Origin: Oleiharenicola sp.
Lineage (GTDB): Bacteria; Verrucomicrobiota; Verrucomicrobiia; Opitutales; Opitutaceae
Assembly (NCBI GenBank): GCA_031390295.1
Contig: JANMTJ010000177.1
Location: 1-47,719, forward strand
Direction: 5' to 3'
DNA: 47,719 nt
This document shows, one piece after another, positions 1 through 8,681 of this stretch; position 1 is the stretch's first letter, and every line of letters starts with the position of its first letter. The notes below the pieces were generated by a model. The model did not search any database. It worked only from the letters and a program-made list of their open reading frames with translations, and was not told the DNA's origin. Position numbers and translations under genes: made by a program.

Positions 1-1692
1 GGCATGGCGAGCGAACCTGCGGTCTTCACCTTTGATATTTTGCCGCCATGGTATCGTTCGACCGGTGCCTATATTGGCTACGCCTTGGTGCTGGCCCTCA
101 GCGTTTGGAGCCTCGTCCGCTTCCGCGAACGTCAGATCCGGGCGCAAAATGCCAGGCTTGAGACCCAGGTCCAGGTCCGCACGACCGAGCTGGTCAAGGC
201 CAACGCGGCCAAGGACGAATTCCTGGCCGGGGTCAGCCATGAGATCCGCAACCCGATGAACGGTGTCATCGGCATCTCGGAATCATTGCAGACCGCGGGG
301 CTCGACCGGGAAAGCCGCCGCAAGTTCGGTCTGCTCCGCCAGTGTGCCAGCCACCTCTCCTCGCTGCTGGAGGATATTCTTGATCTCTCCAAGATGCAGG
401 CCGGCGTCATCGAGCTCGAGCTCAAGCCCTTTGATCTGCACGAACTGGTCGACACCGTTGCGGCCATGGCCGCCTCCGACAGCGAGAAATATCGCATCCC
501 GGTGGAGGTGGCGATTTCCCCGGCCGTTCCCCGGCGGCTCCAAGGCGACCCCCGTCGCGTCCGGCAGATCCTGCTCAACTTCGTCAGCAACGCCTTGAAA
601 TTCTCCGGCCGGGGCCAGGTCAATGTCACCGTCTGGTGCAAACCGGTGGTGGGCCCCGATCAGACCGAAGTGGTCTTTGCCGTCTCGGACGACGGCCCGG
701 GCATCTCCCCCGAGGAACAAAAACGGCTGTTCACCCGGTTTGAGCGGGGTGCGGCCGCCCAACACGGGCGCGTGCCGGGCACCGGCCTGGGCCTCGCCTT
801 GTGCAAGGGTTACGCCGAGAAGATGGGCGGACGAATCTGGCTGGAAAGCGAACTGGGCCAGGGTTCATGTTTTTATTTCAGTGCACCATTCGCCATAACG
901 CCCGAATCGGAAGAGGTCCCGCCTACCCCCGACATGGTCGCCGCCGCCGAACGAAGGCATGCCCTGGTGGTGGACGACCAGGAATACAACCGCATCGTGC
1001 TCGTGGATCTGCTGGCCAAACTGGGGATCACGGCCGAGTCAACCGGCGACGGAGCTGAGGCCCTCGTTCTGGCCGGCAAAGCAGATTTCGAATTCATTTT
1101 CCTGGATTACGATCTGCCCGGCTTGGGCGGACTGGATGTCGCGCGCGGGATCCGGGCGCTGCCCACGAAATCGAACCAGGCCCGCATCCTTGCCACCACC
1201 GCCTTCAGCACTCCGGAAAAACAGGCCCAATGCCTGGCCGCGGGCATGAACGTTTTCCTCGGAAAACCGGTCACGCTGGAAAGGCTGCGCAAAGCCCTCG
1301 CCGCCGCCGCCGGAGAGGTTGCCGCCCCCACCCCGGTGGCGCCCCCCGTGGATGGACTCGCCAACCTGCGATTGCTCGCCGATAAGAAGCAGATCAAGTT
1401 CGAGGACGAACTCGCACTCTATCTCTCCGAGCTCCAAGTGGAACTGGACCACCTCGGGGCCGCCGTGAACGCCGAGGACACGCGCGAGGCGGGTCATTAC
1501 GCCCACCTGCTCTGCGGACGCTGCAGCTTCATTTATGAGCGCGAGCTCGAGCACCTGTTGCGCCAGATGGAGGAGACGGTCGCGAAAGGGATCTGGCCCG
1601 AGGCTCGCCAGCAGTGGTCCGAATTGCAGGCCCGATCCTGGGCCCTCCACCTCAGGTTGGTTTCTTCCGTCCCAACTGCTCCGCCCGCGTGA
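1..1692 (+). CDS. Hybrid sensor histidine kinase (HisKA-HATPase-REC-Hpt), 5' end truncated by window
   Basis: FTFDILPPWYRS + TM helix (end of a YYY-type periplasmic region), H-box SHEIRNPMNG, N-box NALKF, DDGPG and GTGLGL boxes, receiver (VVDD...LDYDLP...GKP), C-terminal Hpt-like AHLLCG. Frame is open from position 1. Confidence 0.92.
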   Translation, partial: GMASEPAVFTFDILPPWYRSTGAYIGYALVLALSVWSLVRFRERQIRAQNARLETQVQVRTTELVKANAAKDEFLAGVSHEIRNPMNGVIGISESLQTAGLDRESRRKFGLLRQCASHLSSLLEDILDLSKMQAGVIELELKPFDLHELVDTVAAMAASDSEKYRIPVEVAISPAVPRRLQGDPRRVRQILLNFVSNALKFSGRGQVNVTVWCKPVVGPDQTEVVFAVSDDGPGISPEEQKRLFTRFERGAAAQHGRVPGTGLGLALCKGYAEKMGGRIWLESELGQGSCFYFSAPFAITPESEEVPPTPDMVAAAERRHALVVDDQEYNRIVLVDLLAKLGITAESTGDGAEALVLAGKADFEFIFLDYDLPGLGGLDVARGIRALPTKSNQARILATTAFSTPEKQAQCLAAGMNVFLGKPVTLERLRKALAAAAGEVAAPTPVAPPVDGLANLRLLADKKQIKFEDELALYLSELQVELDHLGAAVNAEDTREAGHYAHLLCGRCSFIYERELEHLLRQMEETVAKGIWPEARQQWSELQARSWALHLRLVSSVPTAPPA

Positions 1693-2374
1693 GCCCGTTG
1701 ACGATCGCGTAGTGGATCAACTTGGGCGTCGAATGAATGTCCAGCTTGCGCATGATGTCGCGGCGCCGTGACTGCACGGTCGCCGGGCTGATGGTGAGAA
1801 TCGTCGCGATCTCGTCGTCGGACTTGGATTCGCCGATCATGGAGAGTATCCGGGTTTCGTAATCAGAAAGCACGCGGATGAAAGACTTGGGGTCCCGCCG
1901 GATCGTCGCGCTCGACTGATTGACGACCGGGGTGTAATAGACGCGACCGCCCAGCACGGCATGAATGGCCTCGGTCAGGACCTCGGGGCGCTGGTCATTC
2001 TTGTCCACGAACCCGTGGATCCCGATTCGCTGCACCTGCAGCATTGTCCAGGGATCGTGGTGCGACGAGATGGCGAGCAACTTCACGCGCGGGAGTTCCT
2101 CGATGATCATCCGCGCCAGCTCCAGGCCGTCGCCATCCGGCAGGGAGATATCCAGCAGCACCAGGTCGGGTTTGAGCTCCCGAATGGCCGCGAGGCCCTC
2201 GACAAAGCCCGAACAATGCCGCACGACCTGCAGCCGGAGATCGCGACAGTGAAACTGCAAAAACTCGGCCACGAGCCGCTGGTCTTCCACGATCACGACC
2301 CGCCCGATACCGGAATCGCCGCCGCCCTTGCTGACTGGTATTGTTGAGTCGGCCGATTTCACGTGTGGTCTCAT
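1652..2374 (-). CDS. NarL/LuxR-family response regulator
   Basis: Receiver (VVIVED, LLDISLPDGDG) plus C-terminal HTH (LSDYETRILSMI...ISPATVQSRRRDIMRKLDI). Start uncertain; ATG at 2374 chosen because the 2431 start would overlap rsmE. Confidence 0.9.
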   Translation of the reverse strand: MRPHVKSADSTIPVSKGGGDSGIGRVVIVEDQRLVAEFLQFHCRDLRLQVVRHCSGFVEGLAAIRELKPDLVLLDISLPDGDGLELARMIIEELPRVKLLAISSHHDPWTMLQVQRIGIHGFVDKNDQRPEVLTEAIHAVLGGRVYYTPVVNQSSATIRRDPKSFIRVLSDYETRILSMIGESKSDDEIATILTISPATVQSRRRDIMRKLDIHSTPKLIHYAIVNGLTRAEQLGRKKPT

Positions 2375-2420
2375 TGGTATTGTGGCAGCAAATCCGTAGC
2401 AAGCAGCTCCTGTCTTTCTG

Positions 2421-3140
2421 GTGAACATCATTCTTTTTTCCTCCTCCGAAGTCGAGCTTCCGCTGCCCGGCCAGGACCCCCGGGCCCGTCATATTGTGGA
2501 GGTGCTGCGCCGCGGGCCGGGGGACAAATTCGATGTGGGTTTGATCAACGGACCACGCGGCAAGGCCACCCTCCAGTCCGTCACCGCCGAGGGTCTGGTC
2601 CTGTCGTATGAATGGGGCGCGACTCCCCCACCCCTGGCGCCAATCCGCCTCGTCGTCGGCCTGCCCCGGCCCCAGACCGCCCGTGATATACTGCGGGAAT
2701 GCACCACGCTCGGCGTGGCAGCCATGGATTTTGTGCAGACCGAGAGAACCGAACCGGGCTATGGACTGAGTTCGCTGTGGATTTCTCCTGAATGGGAAAA
2801 TCTTCTGCTCGCCGGGGCCGCCCAAGCCTTCTGCACCCGTATCCCCTCGGTCCAGCACGGTCGATCCCTTGCTGAGACCATCTCCGCCCTGCCGGCCGAC
2901 AGTGCCCGGGTGGCCCTTGACAATTATAAATCGCCGGGGCCCTTGAGCCGTATTGACCTGGCCAACCGGCCCGCCGTGGTGCTCGCGGTGGGAGCGGAAC
3001 GCGGCTGGTCACCCGCCGAGCGCGATCTACTTCGCGGGCATGGTTTTGTCTTTGCCCATCTGGGGGAACGGGTCCTGCGCACCGAGACGTCCTGCATCGC
3101 CGCCATCACCCTGCTTAAGGCAAGGCTCGCTTTGTTCTGA
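2421..3140 (+). CDS. rsmE: 16S rRNA m3U1498 methyltransferase RsmE
   Basis: HIVEVLRR, ECTTLGV, AVGAERGWS and LGERVLRTET SPOUT motifs; GTG start. Confidence 0.9.
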   Translation: MNIILFSSSEVELPLPGQDPRARHIVEVLRRGPGDKFDVGLINGPRGKATLQSVTAEGLVLSYEWGATPPPLAPIRLVVGLPRPQTARDILRECTTLGVAAMDFVQTERTEPGYGLSSLWISPEWENLLLAGAAQAFCTRIPSVQHGRSLAETISALPADSARVALDNYKSPGPLSRIDLANRPAVVLAVGAERGWSPAERDLLRGHGFVFAHLGERVLRTETSCIAAITLLKARLALF

Positions 3141-3684
3141 AAATTGCTGCGGTGGGTTGCCGCGAGCCCTTGCCCAGCCGTTTGATGCAAGTCCATCCGG
3201 CAGGGGTCAGGCTGAGTTCTCCTGGCATTTCAAAAATGATCAAAGGGTCAGGTTGGGCCGCCAGCAGCGCATCCAGCCGCGCAAACAACCGCGGCGCGAC
3301 ATCTGCGATGATTTCGTATGGTGGATCGATGAATACCAAGTCCGGCGGCTCGCCGGGCCTCGTACTCGTGGCGTCCGCGGTGATGACCTGCAGGCCATCG
3401 GTGGTGCGCCCAAGACTCTTGCACACCGCCGCAATGTTTCGGTGGATAAACTCCGCCGTTTTCGCGTTTTTCTCCACAAAAACCCCGCCCGTCGAGCCGC
3501 GGCTCAATGCTTCCAAGCCATAGGCGCCGCTGCCGGCAAACAAGTCCATAAACCGCGTCCCCGCTACCCGGGCTGCCAGACTCGAGAACACGGCTTGGCG
3601 CAGGGCATCCGTGGCCGGTCGCACCGTATCGCCCTTGGGCAGGGCGAGTGGGATGCCGCGAGCCTGGCCACCTGTGATACGCAT
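3115..3684 (-). CDS. rsmD: 16S rRNA m2G966 methyltransferase RsmD
   Basis: MRITGG start, VRPATDALR, DLFAGSGAYGLEALSRG, FIDPPY motifs. Confidence 0.92.
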   Translation of the reverse strand: MRITGGQARGIPLALPKGDTVRPATDALRQAVFSSLAARVAGTRFMDLFAGSGAYGLEALSRGSTGGVFVEKNAKTAEFIHRNIAAVCKSLGRTTDGLQVITADATSTRPGEPPDLVFIDPPYEIIADVAPRLFARLDALLAAQPDPLIIFEMPGELSLTPAGWTCIKRLGKGSRQPTAAIFRTKRALP

Positions 3685-3877
3685 GGTAATAACCTAGGCG
3701 GCCAAGTCCCCAATCCAATCGTATTTATTTAGTGGAACCCTTTCTCCAACTGGCGGTTGAAACATAGCATTTGCCCACTTCCTTCCTAACCTATTTCCTC
3801 CGCTTTGGTAGAAAGTCATCCTGACCTGACTGACTTTCAACCGCCACCAAGGCAATGCCTTATCCAGCACACCACGC

Positions 3878-5332
3878 ATGCTCTTTCGCCGTCTAGTCGA
3901 CCGGCTGCTTTGCGCCGCCCTGCTCCTGACCGTCTCCGGCCGTGGTGACGAGGAAAACTATTGGCCGTTCTATGTGCATCGCAGTGCCGAGGGAACCGAG
4001 GCGGCCTCCTCCCAATGGCTCGGGCCGCTCATCTACACTCAGGCCGGTCCCGGGGAGTCGGCCGGCCTGCGTCCCCTTTACCAGCAAACCCGCACCGGTG
4101 ATCTGGAGCAGCGCAATGCCCTCTATCCCTTTTTCACCTGGCGGCGGGAGGGGGAATACCGGTCGTTCAGTTTTTTCCAACTGGTGAACTCCCGCGCGGA
4201 CGCGGAGGACCCCGAGCACCAGGACCATCGGTTTGATGTCTGGCCGTTCTACTTCTCCCGCGAGGCGGATAATCCCGCCGACAGCTACCGGGCCTTTTTC
4301 CCTTTCGGCGGGACGATCAAGAACCGTTTTGGCAAGGACCAGATCAACTTTGTCCTCTTCCCGTTTTATGCCCACACCGAGAAAAACGAACGGTTGGTGA
4401 CCCATGCGCCCTGGCCGTTTCTGCGCTTCATCGACGGGGCGGGGCACCATGGCTTTGAATTCTGGCCGCTCTTCGGCCGGAGTGGACGCGACGAGGACTA
4501 TGACCGGCAATTCTATCTCTGGCCGCTGATCTACAAGTCCGCCACCAACCTCTCCGAGGAAACGCCCGACGTGAAGATCGGTGCCCTGCCCTTCTACACG
4601 CGCGACACAGGCCCGGGCTATATCAGTGAGACCTATGCCTGGCCGTTCTTCGGCTACGCCCACCGCACCATTCCCTATCGCTACGACGAGCAGCGGTATT
4701 TCTGGCCTTTCCTTGTGCAGGGTCGTGGCGACGACCGCCGGGTCAACCGCTGGGCTCCCTTCTACACGCATTCGGTCATCAAGGGCTCGGACAAGACCTG
4801 GTTGCTCTGGCCGCTGTATCGCCACCAACACTGGCAGGCCGACGGCGTAGCGCAGCAAAAGAACCAGTTGCTGTTTTTCCTCTATTGGTCGCTGGCCCAG
4901 CAAAGTCTGGCCAATCCCGCGGCCGCGCCCGCCCACAAGACTCATCTCTGGCCCCTGTTCAGTTCCTGGAACAATGGTGCCGGCCGCCGGCAGGTGCAGG
5001 CCCTGAGTCCTTTCGAGGTCTTCTTCCCGGGCAACGAAACGGTGCGCCAGTTATGGTCCCCGCTGTTCGCGGTCTATCGCTACGAGCGGTATCCCGACGC
5101 CTCCGCCCGCCACTCGGTGCTCTGGAACGCCTTGACCTACCGGCACAGCCCGATGGCCAAGGAGTTTCACCTCGGCCCGCTCCTGAGCGTCCACGCCGAC
5201 GCCTCGCGCCGACGCTTTGCCCTGGGCAATGGGGTCATCGGGTTGCAGCGGCGCACCGGGGAACGCTGGCGCCTCTTCCTGTTCGATTTTCGCCCCAAAG
5301 CCGCTATCAAGGCCAACCAAGCCACGCCATGA
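3878..5332 (+). CDS. Exported hypothetical protein with ~19 aromatic-Pro (xWPF/xWPL) repeats; first gene of mla-like operon
   Basis: N-terminal signal-like segment; recurring YWPFY/VWPFY/FWPLF/LWPLY motifs about every 18-25 aa; stop overlaps mlaE start (ATGA 5329-5332). Confidence 0.8.
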   Translation: MLFRRLVDRLLCAALLLTVSGRGDEENYWPFYVHRSAEGTEAASSQWLGPLIYTQAGPGESAGLRPLYQQTRTGDLEQRNALYPFFTWRREGEYRSFSFFQLVNSRADAEDPEHQDHRFDVWPFYFSREADNPADSYRAFFPFGGTIKNRFGKDQINFVLFPFYAHTEKNERLVTHAPWPFLRFIDGAGHHGFEFWPLFGRSGRDEDYDRQFYLWPLIYKSATNLSEETPDVKIGALPFYTRDTGPGYISETYAWPFFGYAHRTIPYRYDEQRYFWPFLVQGRGDDRRVNRWAPFYTHSVIKGSDKTWLLWPLYRHQHWQADGVAQQKNQLLFFLYWSLAQQSLANPAAAPAHKTHLWPLFSSWNNGAGRRQVQALSPFEVFFPGNETVRQLWSPLFAVYRYERYPDASARHSVLWNALTYRHSPMAKEFHLGPLLSVHADASRRRFALGNGVIGLQRRTGERWRLFLFDFRPKAAIKANQATP

Positions 5333-6087
5333 ATCACCTCACCGCCATTCTCGGCCACATCGGGGGCACCCTGCTCCTGCTGATGCGCTCGCTGAAGTTC
5401 ATCGGCACGTTGCCTCGCCAACGGGCCCGCTTCATCGAGCAATGCTACCTCATCGGCTACACCTCCCTGCCCATCGTCACGATCCTGAGCTTTTTCATCG
5501 GCAGCGTGCTCGCGCTGCAAAGCGGTTACAGCATGGAGAATTTCGGTGCCAAGCAGTTCATCGGCACGCTGGTCGGTCTCACCATGGCCCGCGAACTCGG
5601 CCCGGTCATGGTGGCCATCCTGATCGCCGGCCGCGTCGGCTCCGCCATCACCGCCGAGCTGGCCTCGATGAAGGTTTACCAGGAGATCGACGCCCTCACG
5701 ACCATGAACATCCCGCCCGAGCGCATGCTGGTCCTGCCCCGGCTGGCGGCGATCGTGGTCATGATGCCCGTCCTGGCCATCATCGCCAACCTCTGCGGCT
5801 GGTACGGCGGGGCGCTGGTCTGTGAATACACCCACTCCATCTCCGTCGACTCCGAGGCCTACTTCACGGCCCTGAAGGAATACATGAAAGTGCATGACGT
5901 GACCGACGGCCTGATCAAGGCCGAGGTCTTCGGCTTTGTGATCGTGCTCGTGTGCTGTTACATCGGCCTCAACACGCGCGGCGGCCCGCGCGAGATTGGT
6001 GCCTCCGTCACCAAGGCCGTGGTGACCTCGCTCATCCTCATCCTGGTGCTCGACTACTTTGTCACCAAAGCCCTCCTCATGTCATGA
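5329..6087 (+). CDS. mlaE: MlaE-family ABC permease
   Basis: RELGPV, AGRVGSAITAELASMKVYQEIDAL, LVLPR, IGASVTKAVV motifs; ATG at 5329. Confidence 0.93.
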   Translation: MNHLTAILGHIGGTLLLLMRSLKFIGTLPRQRARFIEQCYLIGYTSLPIVTILSFFIGSVLALQSGYSMENFGAKQFIGTLVGLTMARELGPVMVAILIAGRVGSAITAELASMKVYQEIDALTTMNIPPERMLVLPRLAAIVVMMPVLAIIANLCGWYGGALVCEYTHSISVDSEAYFTALKEYMKVHDVTDGLIKAEVFGFVIVLVCCYIGLNTRGGPREIGASVTKAVVTSLILILVLDYFVTKALLMS

Positions 6088-6875
6088 GCAACGCCTATAC
6101 CGCCACCCCCTTCATCGGCAAAACGTTCGGCATCACCGTCGCCAAGCTGACCAAGAAATTTGGCCGGACCACCGTGCTCCACGACATCGACCTCGAGGTA
6201 AGGCCCGGCGAGATTTTTTGCATCATGGGTCCCAGCGGCTCCGGCAAGACGGTGCTCCTGAAGCATATCGCCGGCCTCGAGACCGCGACCAGTGGCGAGG
6301 TGCGCATCGGCGAATACGACGCCGCCGACCCCGAGACACGCAACAAGGTCCACCTCGCCCTCGTCTTCCAGGCGGGCGCCCTGTTCAACTCGCTCTCGGT
6401 CTATGACAACCTGGCGCTCTATCCCCGCGAACACCGGGAATGCAACGAGGCCGGCATCCGCGAACGCGTCATGCACGCCCTCTCCATCCTGTCACTGGAA
6501 AAGGCCGCGAATAAATTCCCCTCCGATCTCTCCGGCGGCATGAAGAAGCGGGTCGCCATCGCCCGCGCCCTCGTGATGGAGCCCCAGCTGCTCCTCTATG
6601 ACGAGCCCACCTCCGAGCTCGACCCGGTGATGTCGGCCACCCTCACCGAGATCATCGCCACCCTCCGCGAGCAGACCGCCGTCACCAGCATTGTCGTGAC
6701 CCACGACCGCGACCTCGCCTTCAACATCGCCGACCGCCTCGCCTTTGTCATGGACGGCCGCATCCGGGGTGTCGGCAAGCCTGCCGACTTCAAGTCCCCC
6801 GCCGATCCCGTCATCGCCAACTTCCTCAACCCGGTCATCGACCTCAAGAATCCCCGCTTCAAACAACTGGAGTAA
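6084..6875 (+). CDS. mlaF: MlaF-family ABC ATPase
   Basis: Walker A GPSGSGKT, FQAGALFNSL, LSGGMKKRVAIARAL, LLLYDEPT, VTHD; ATGA overlap with mlaE. Confidence 0.92.
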   Translation: MSNAYTATPFIGKTFGITVAKLTKKFGRTTVLHDIDLEVRPGEIFCIMGPSGSGKTVLLKHIAGLETATSGEVRIGEYDAADPETRNKVHLALVFQAGALFNSLSVYDNLALYPREHRECNEAGIRERVMHALSILSLEKAANKFPSDLSGGMKKRVAIARALVMEPQLLLYDEPTSELDPVMSATLTEIIATLREQTAVTSIVVTHDRDLAFNIADRLAFVMDGRIRGVGKPADFKSPADPVIANFLNPVIDLKNPRFKQLE

Positions 6876-6879
6876 CGTC

Positions 6880-7872
6880 ATGAACAATACATCACAAACC
6901 ATCCGCGTCGGCCTTTTCTTCCTGCTGGGGCTGGCGCTTGCCTGGATCACCTTCGAGTCGCTCAACGGCGGACGGCTCTTCAAAAAGCCCGGCTACACGC
7001 TGGTCGCCGGCTTCGCCAACCTCAAGGGCCTCAAGACCGGCGATGAGATCCGCATGGCCGGTGTGAAAGTCGGCGCCGTCGAACTCACCCGTCTCGCCGG
7101 TAACCGCGTTGAGGCCGTGCTCGCCATTGAACCCACCGTCAAGATTCCGACGGATGCAGTCGCCAGCGTTGAGCAATCCAGTCTCCTCGGCAGCAACTAC
7201 CTCGGCATCACCTTCGGCACGCCCGGCGGAGCGCTGCTGAAGGATCAGGACGAAATCCAGACCAAGGCCACGGTGGACATGAGCGAGGTCATCAGCCAGC
7301 TCGGCAATCTCGGCTCCAAGCTCGAGCAGGTCGTCGGCGAGATCGGCAAGGCCATGGGCACCGGCGGCGAAGGCGGCGGCATATTTCAGCGCATCGACAA
7401 GCTGGTCACGGAAAACGGGCCCAAGCTCACGGAAACCATCAGCAACCTGCAGGACGTCACCGCCAAGATCAAAGCCGGCGAGGGCACCTTCGGCAAACTC
7501 GTCAACGATGCCAAACTGCACGACGAGCTGCTCGCCGGCGTGAGCGAGATCAAACTGGCCGCGGCCGATGCCCGCACCTTCATGAGCGACACCAAGGGCA
7601 TCGTGGCCGATGTGAAGGCCGGCAAGGGCACGCTGGGCGTGCTGCTCTACGACGAGCCCACGGCCAGCAGCCTCAAGGTTTCGCTCAACAATCTGCGCGA
7701 GGTTTCGGACAAGCTCAACAGCGGCCAGGGTACCCTGGGCAAGCTGATTTCCGACGACAGCCTCTACCTCAGTGTGCAGTCCACGATGAAAAAGGCCGAC
7801 CGCATGATCGACGGCCTCGGCGACCAGGGTCCGATCACAGCCGTCGGCGTGGCGGCGCAGGCGCTATTCTGA
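6880..7872 (+). CDS. mlaD: MCE/MlaD-family protein with long helical C-terminal extension
   Basis: N-terminal TM (IRVGLFFLLG), MCE domain (GLKTGDEIRMAGVKVGAV...SSLLGSNYLGI), three GxGTxGxL repeats. Confidence 0.9.
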   Translation: MNNTSQTIRVGLFFLLGLALAWITFESLNGGRLFKKPGYTLVAGFANLKGLKTGDEIRMAGVKVGAVELTRLAGNRVEAVLAIEPTVKIPTDAVASVEQSSLLGSNYLGITFGTPGGALLKDQDEIQTKATVDMSEVISQLGNLGSKLEQVVGEIGKAMGTGGEGGGIFQRIDKLVTENGPKLTETISNLQDVTAKIKAGEGTFGKLVNDAKLHDELLAGVSEIKLAAADARTFMSDTKGIVADVKAGKGTLGVLLYDEPTASSLKVSLNNLREVSDKLNSGQGTLGKLISDDSLYLSVQSTMKKADRMIDGLGDQGPITAVGVAAQALF

Positions 7873-7891
7873 GCTGCCCGGCGGCATCGCC

Positions 7892-8383
7892 TCAGCCGGA
7901 TTTCCTCCGGTAGAGGCCGTCGAAGGCGGTGGTCCACGACTTGCCGCCATCCGTCGACTGCTCCCAGTGCTGCCGCACCGTGCCATCAGGGTTGGGTGTC
8001 CAGGTGATGCGCTGCAGCTGCCGCGTGCCACTGGTCCGCGGGGTCTCACCCGTCAGCACCATTTTCCCTTCCGCAAGACCACCGTAGAGATCGAGCACCC
8101 CTCCGCTGCTGTCCATCCAGCATTGGTGCCATTGTTTGGCCCCGCCATCATAAGCGTTGAGACTCATCCCGGTGTAGGCTCCGGGCGTGGAGTAGTTTTC
8201 CACGAGCACACGGCCATCGTGCCTCAGTTCGATCAGATTGTGGCCGGCCAGCCTGCCGTTGGCCTGGTTGGTCACTGTCCAATCACCGACCCAAAAGTCG
8301 AAATCGTGATTCACCGGGGGTGGGTTCTGGGCGAAGGCCCAAGTGGCGGCCAGCAAGGCCGGGGCGAGTCTGAGTAATTTCAT
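7892..8383 (-). CDS. Small exported protein (DUF1579-like beta protein)
   Basis: Signal peptide MKLLRLAPALLAATWAFA; FDFWVGDW, WHQCWMDSSG and WEQSTDGGKSW...FDGLY motifs. ATG at 8383 chosen over the longer ORF. Confidence 0.72.
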   Translation of the reverse strand: MKLLRLAPALLAATWAFAQNPPPVNHDFDFWVGDWTVTNQANGRLAGHNLIELRHDGRVLVENYSTPGAYTGMSLNAYDGGAKQWHQCWMDSSGGVLDLYGGLAEGKMVLTGETPRTSGTRQLQRITWTPNPDGTVRQHWEQSTDGGKSWTTAFDGLYRRKSG

Positions 8384-8538
8384 GCCCAGAGACTGGGCTG
8401 ATGGCCGCAGACCACAACCCTTCCGCGACCAACCACCCGTGAAACGGGACAGGTCCCACCTGTGGTTTGGGGCCGACAAAAATGTCGAACGGCCTGACCC
8501 GGAGACCACCCGGTATGACACACGTGCGAATGATTGGC

Positions 8539-8590
8539 CCGTCTGTCGCGGTGGGACGCAGTTTCGGCGCGTGTTTTCGTCGCTTCGTCG
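8539..8590 (+). promoter_or_regulatory. Putative LytTR-type operator: three imperfect 10-mers at 21-bp period
   Basis: CCGTCTGTCG (8539), AGTTTCGGCG (8560), CGCTTCGTCG (8581), upstream of the TBDR start at 8682. Confidence 0.45.
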
Positions 8591-8681
8591 TATCGCCGTT
8601 GAGCGGTGAGACGAAGTGCGGGTTGCCTATGGCCACCAAAGCAAACGGGCAGGCCGCCCGGCCTTGCTTTTACACACCATC

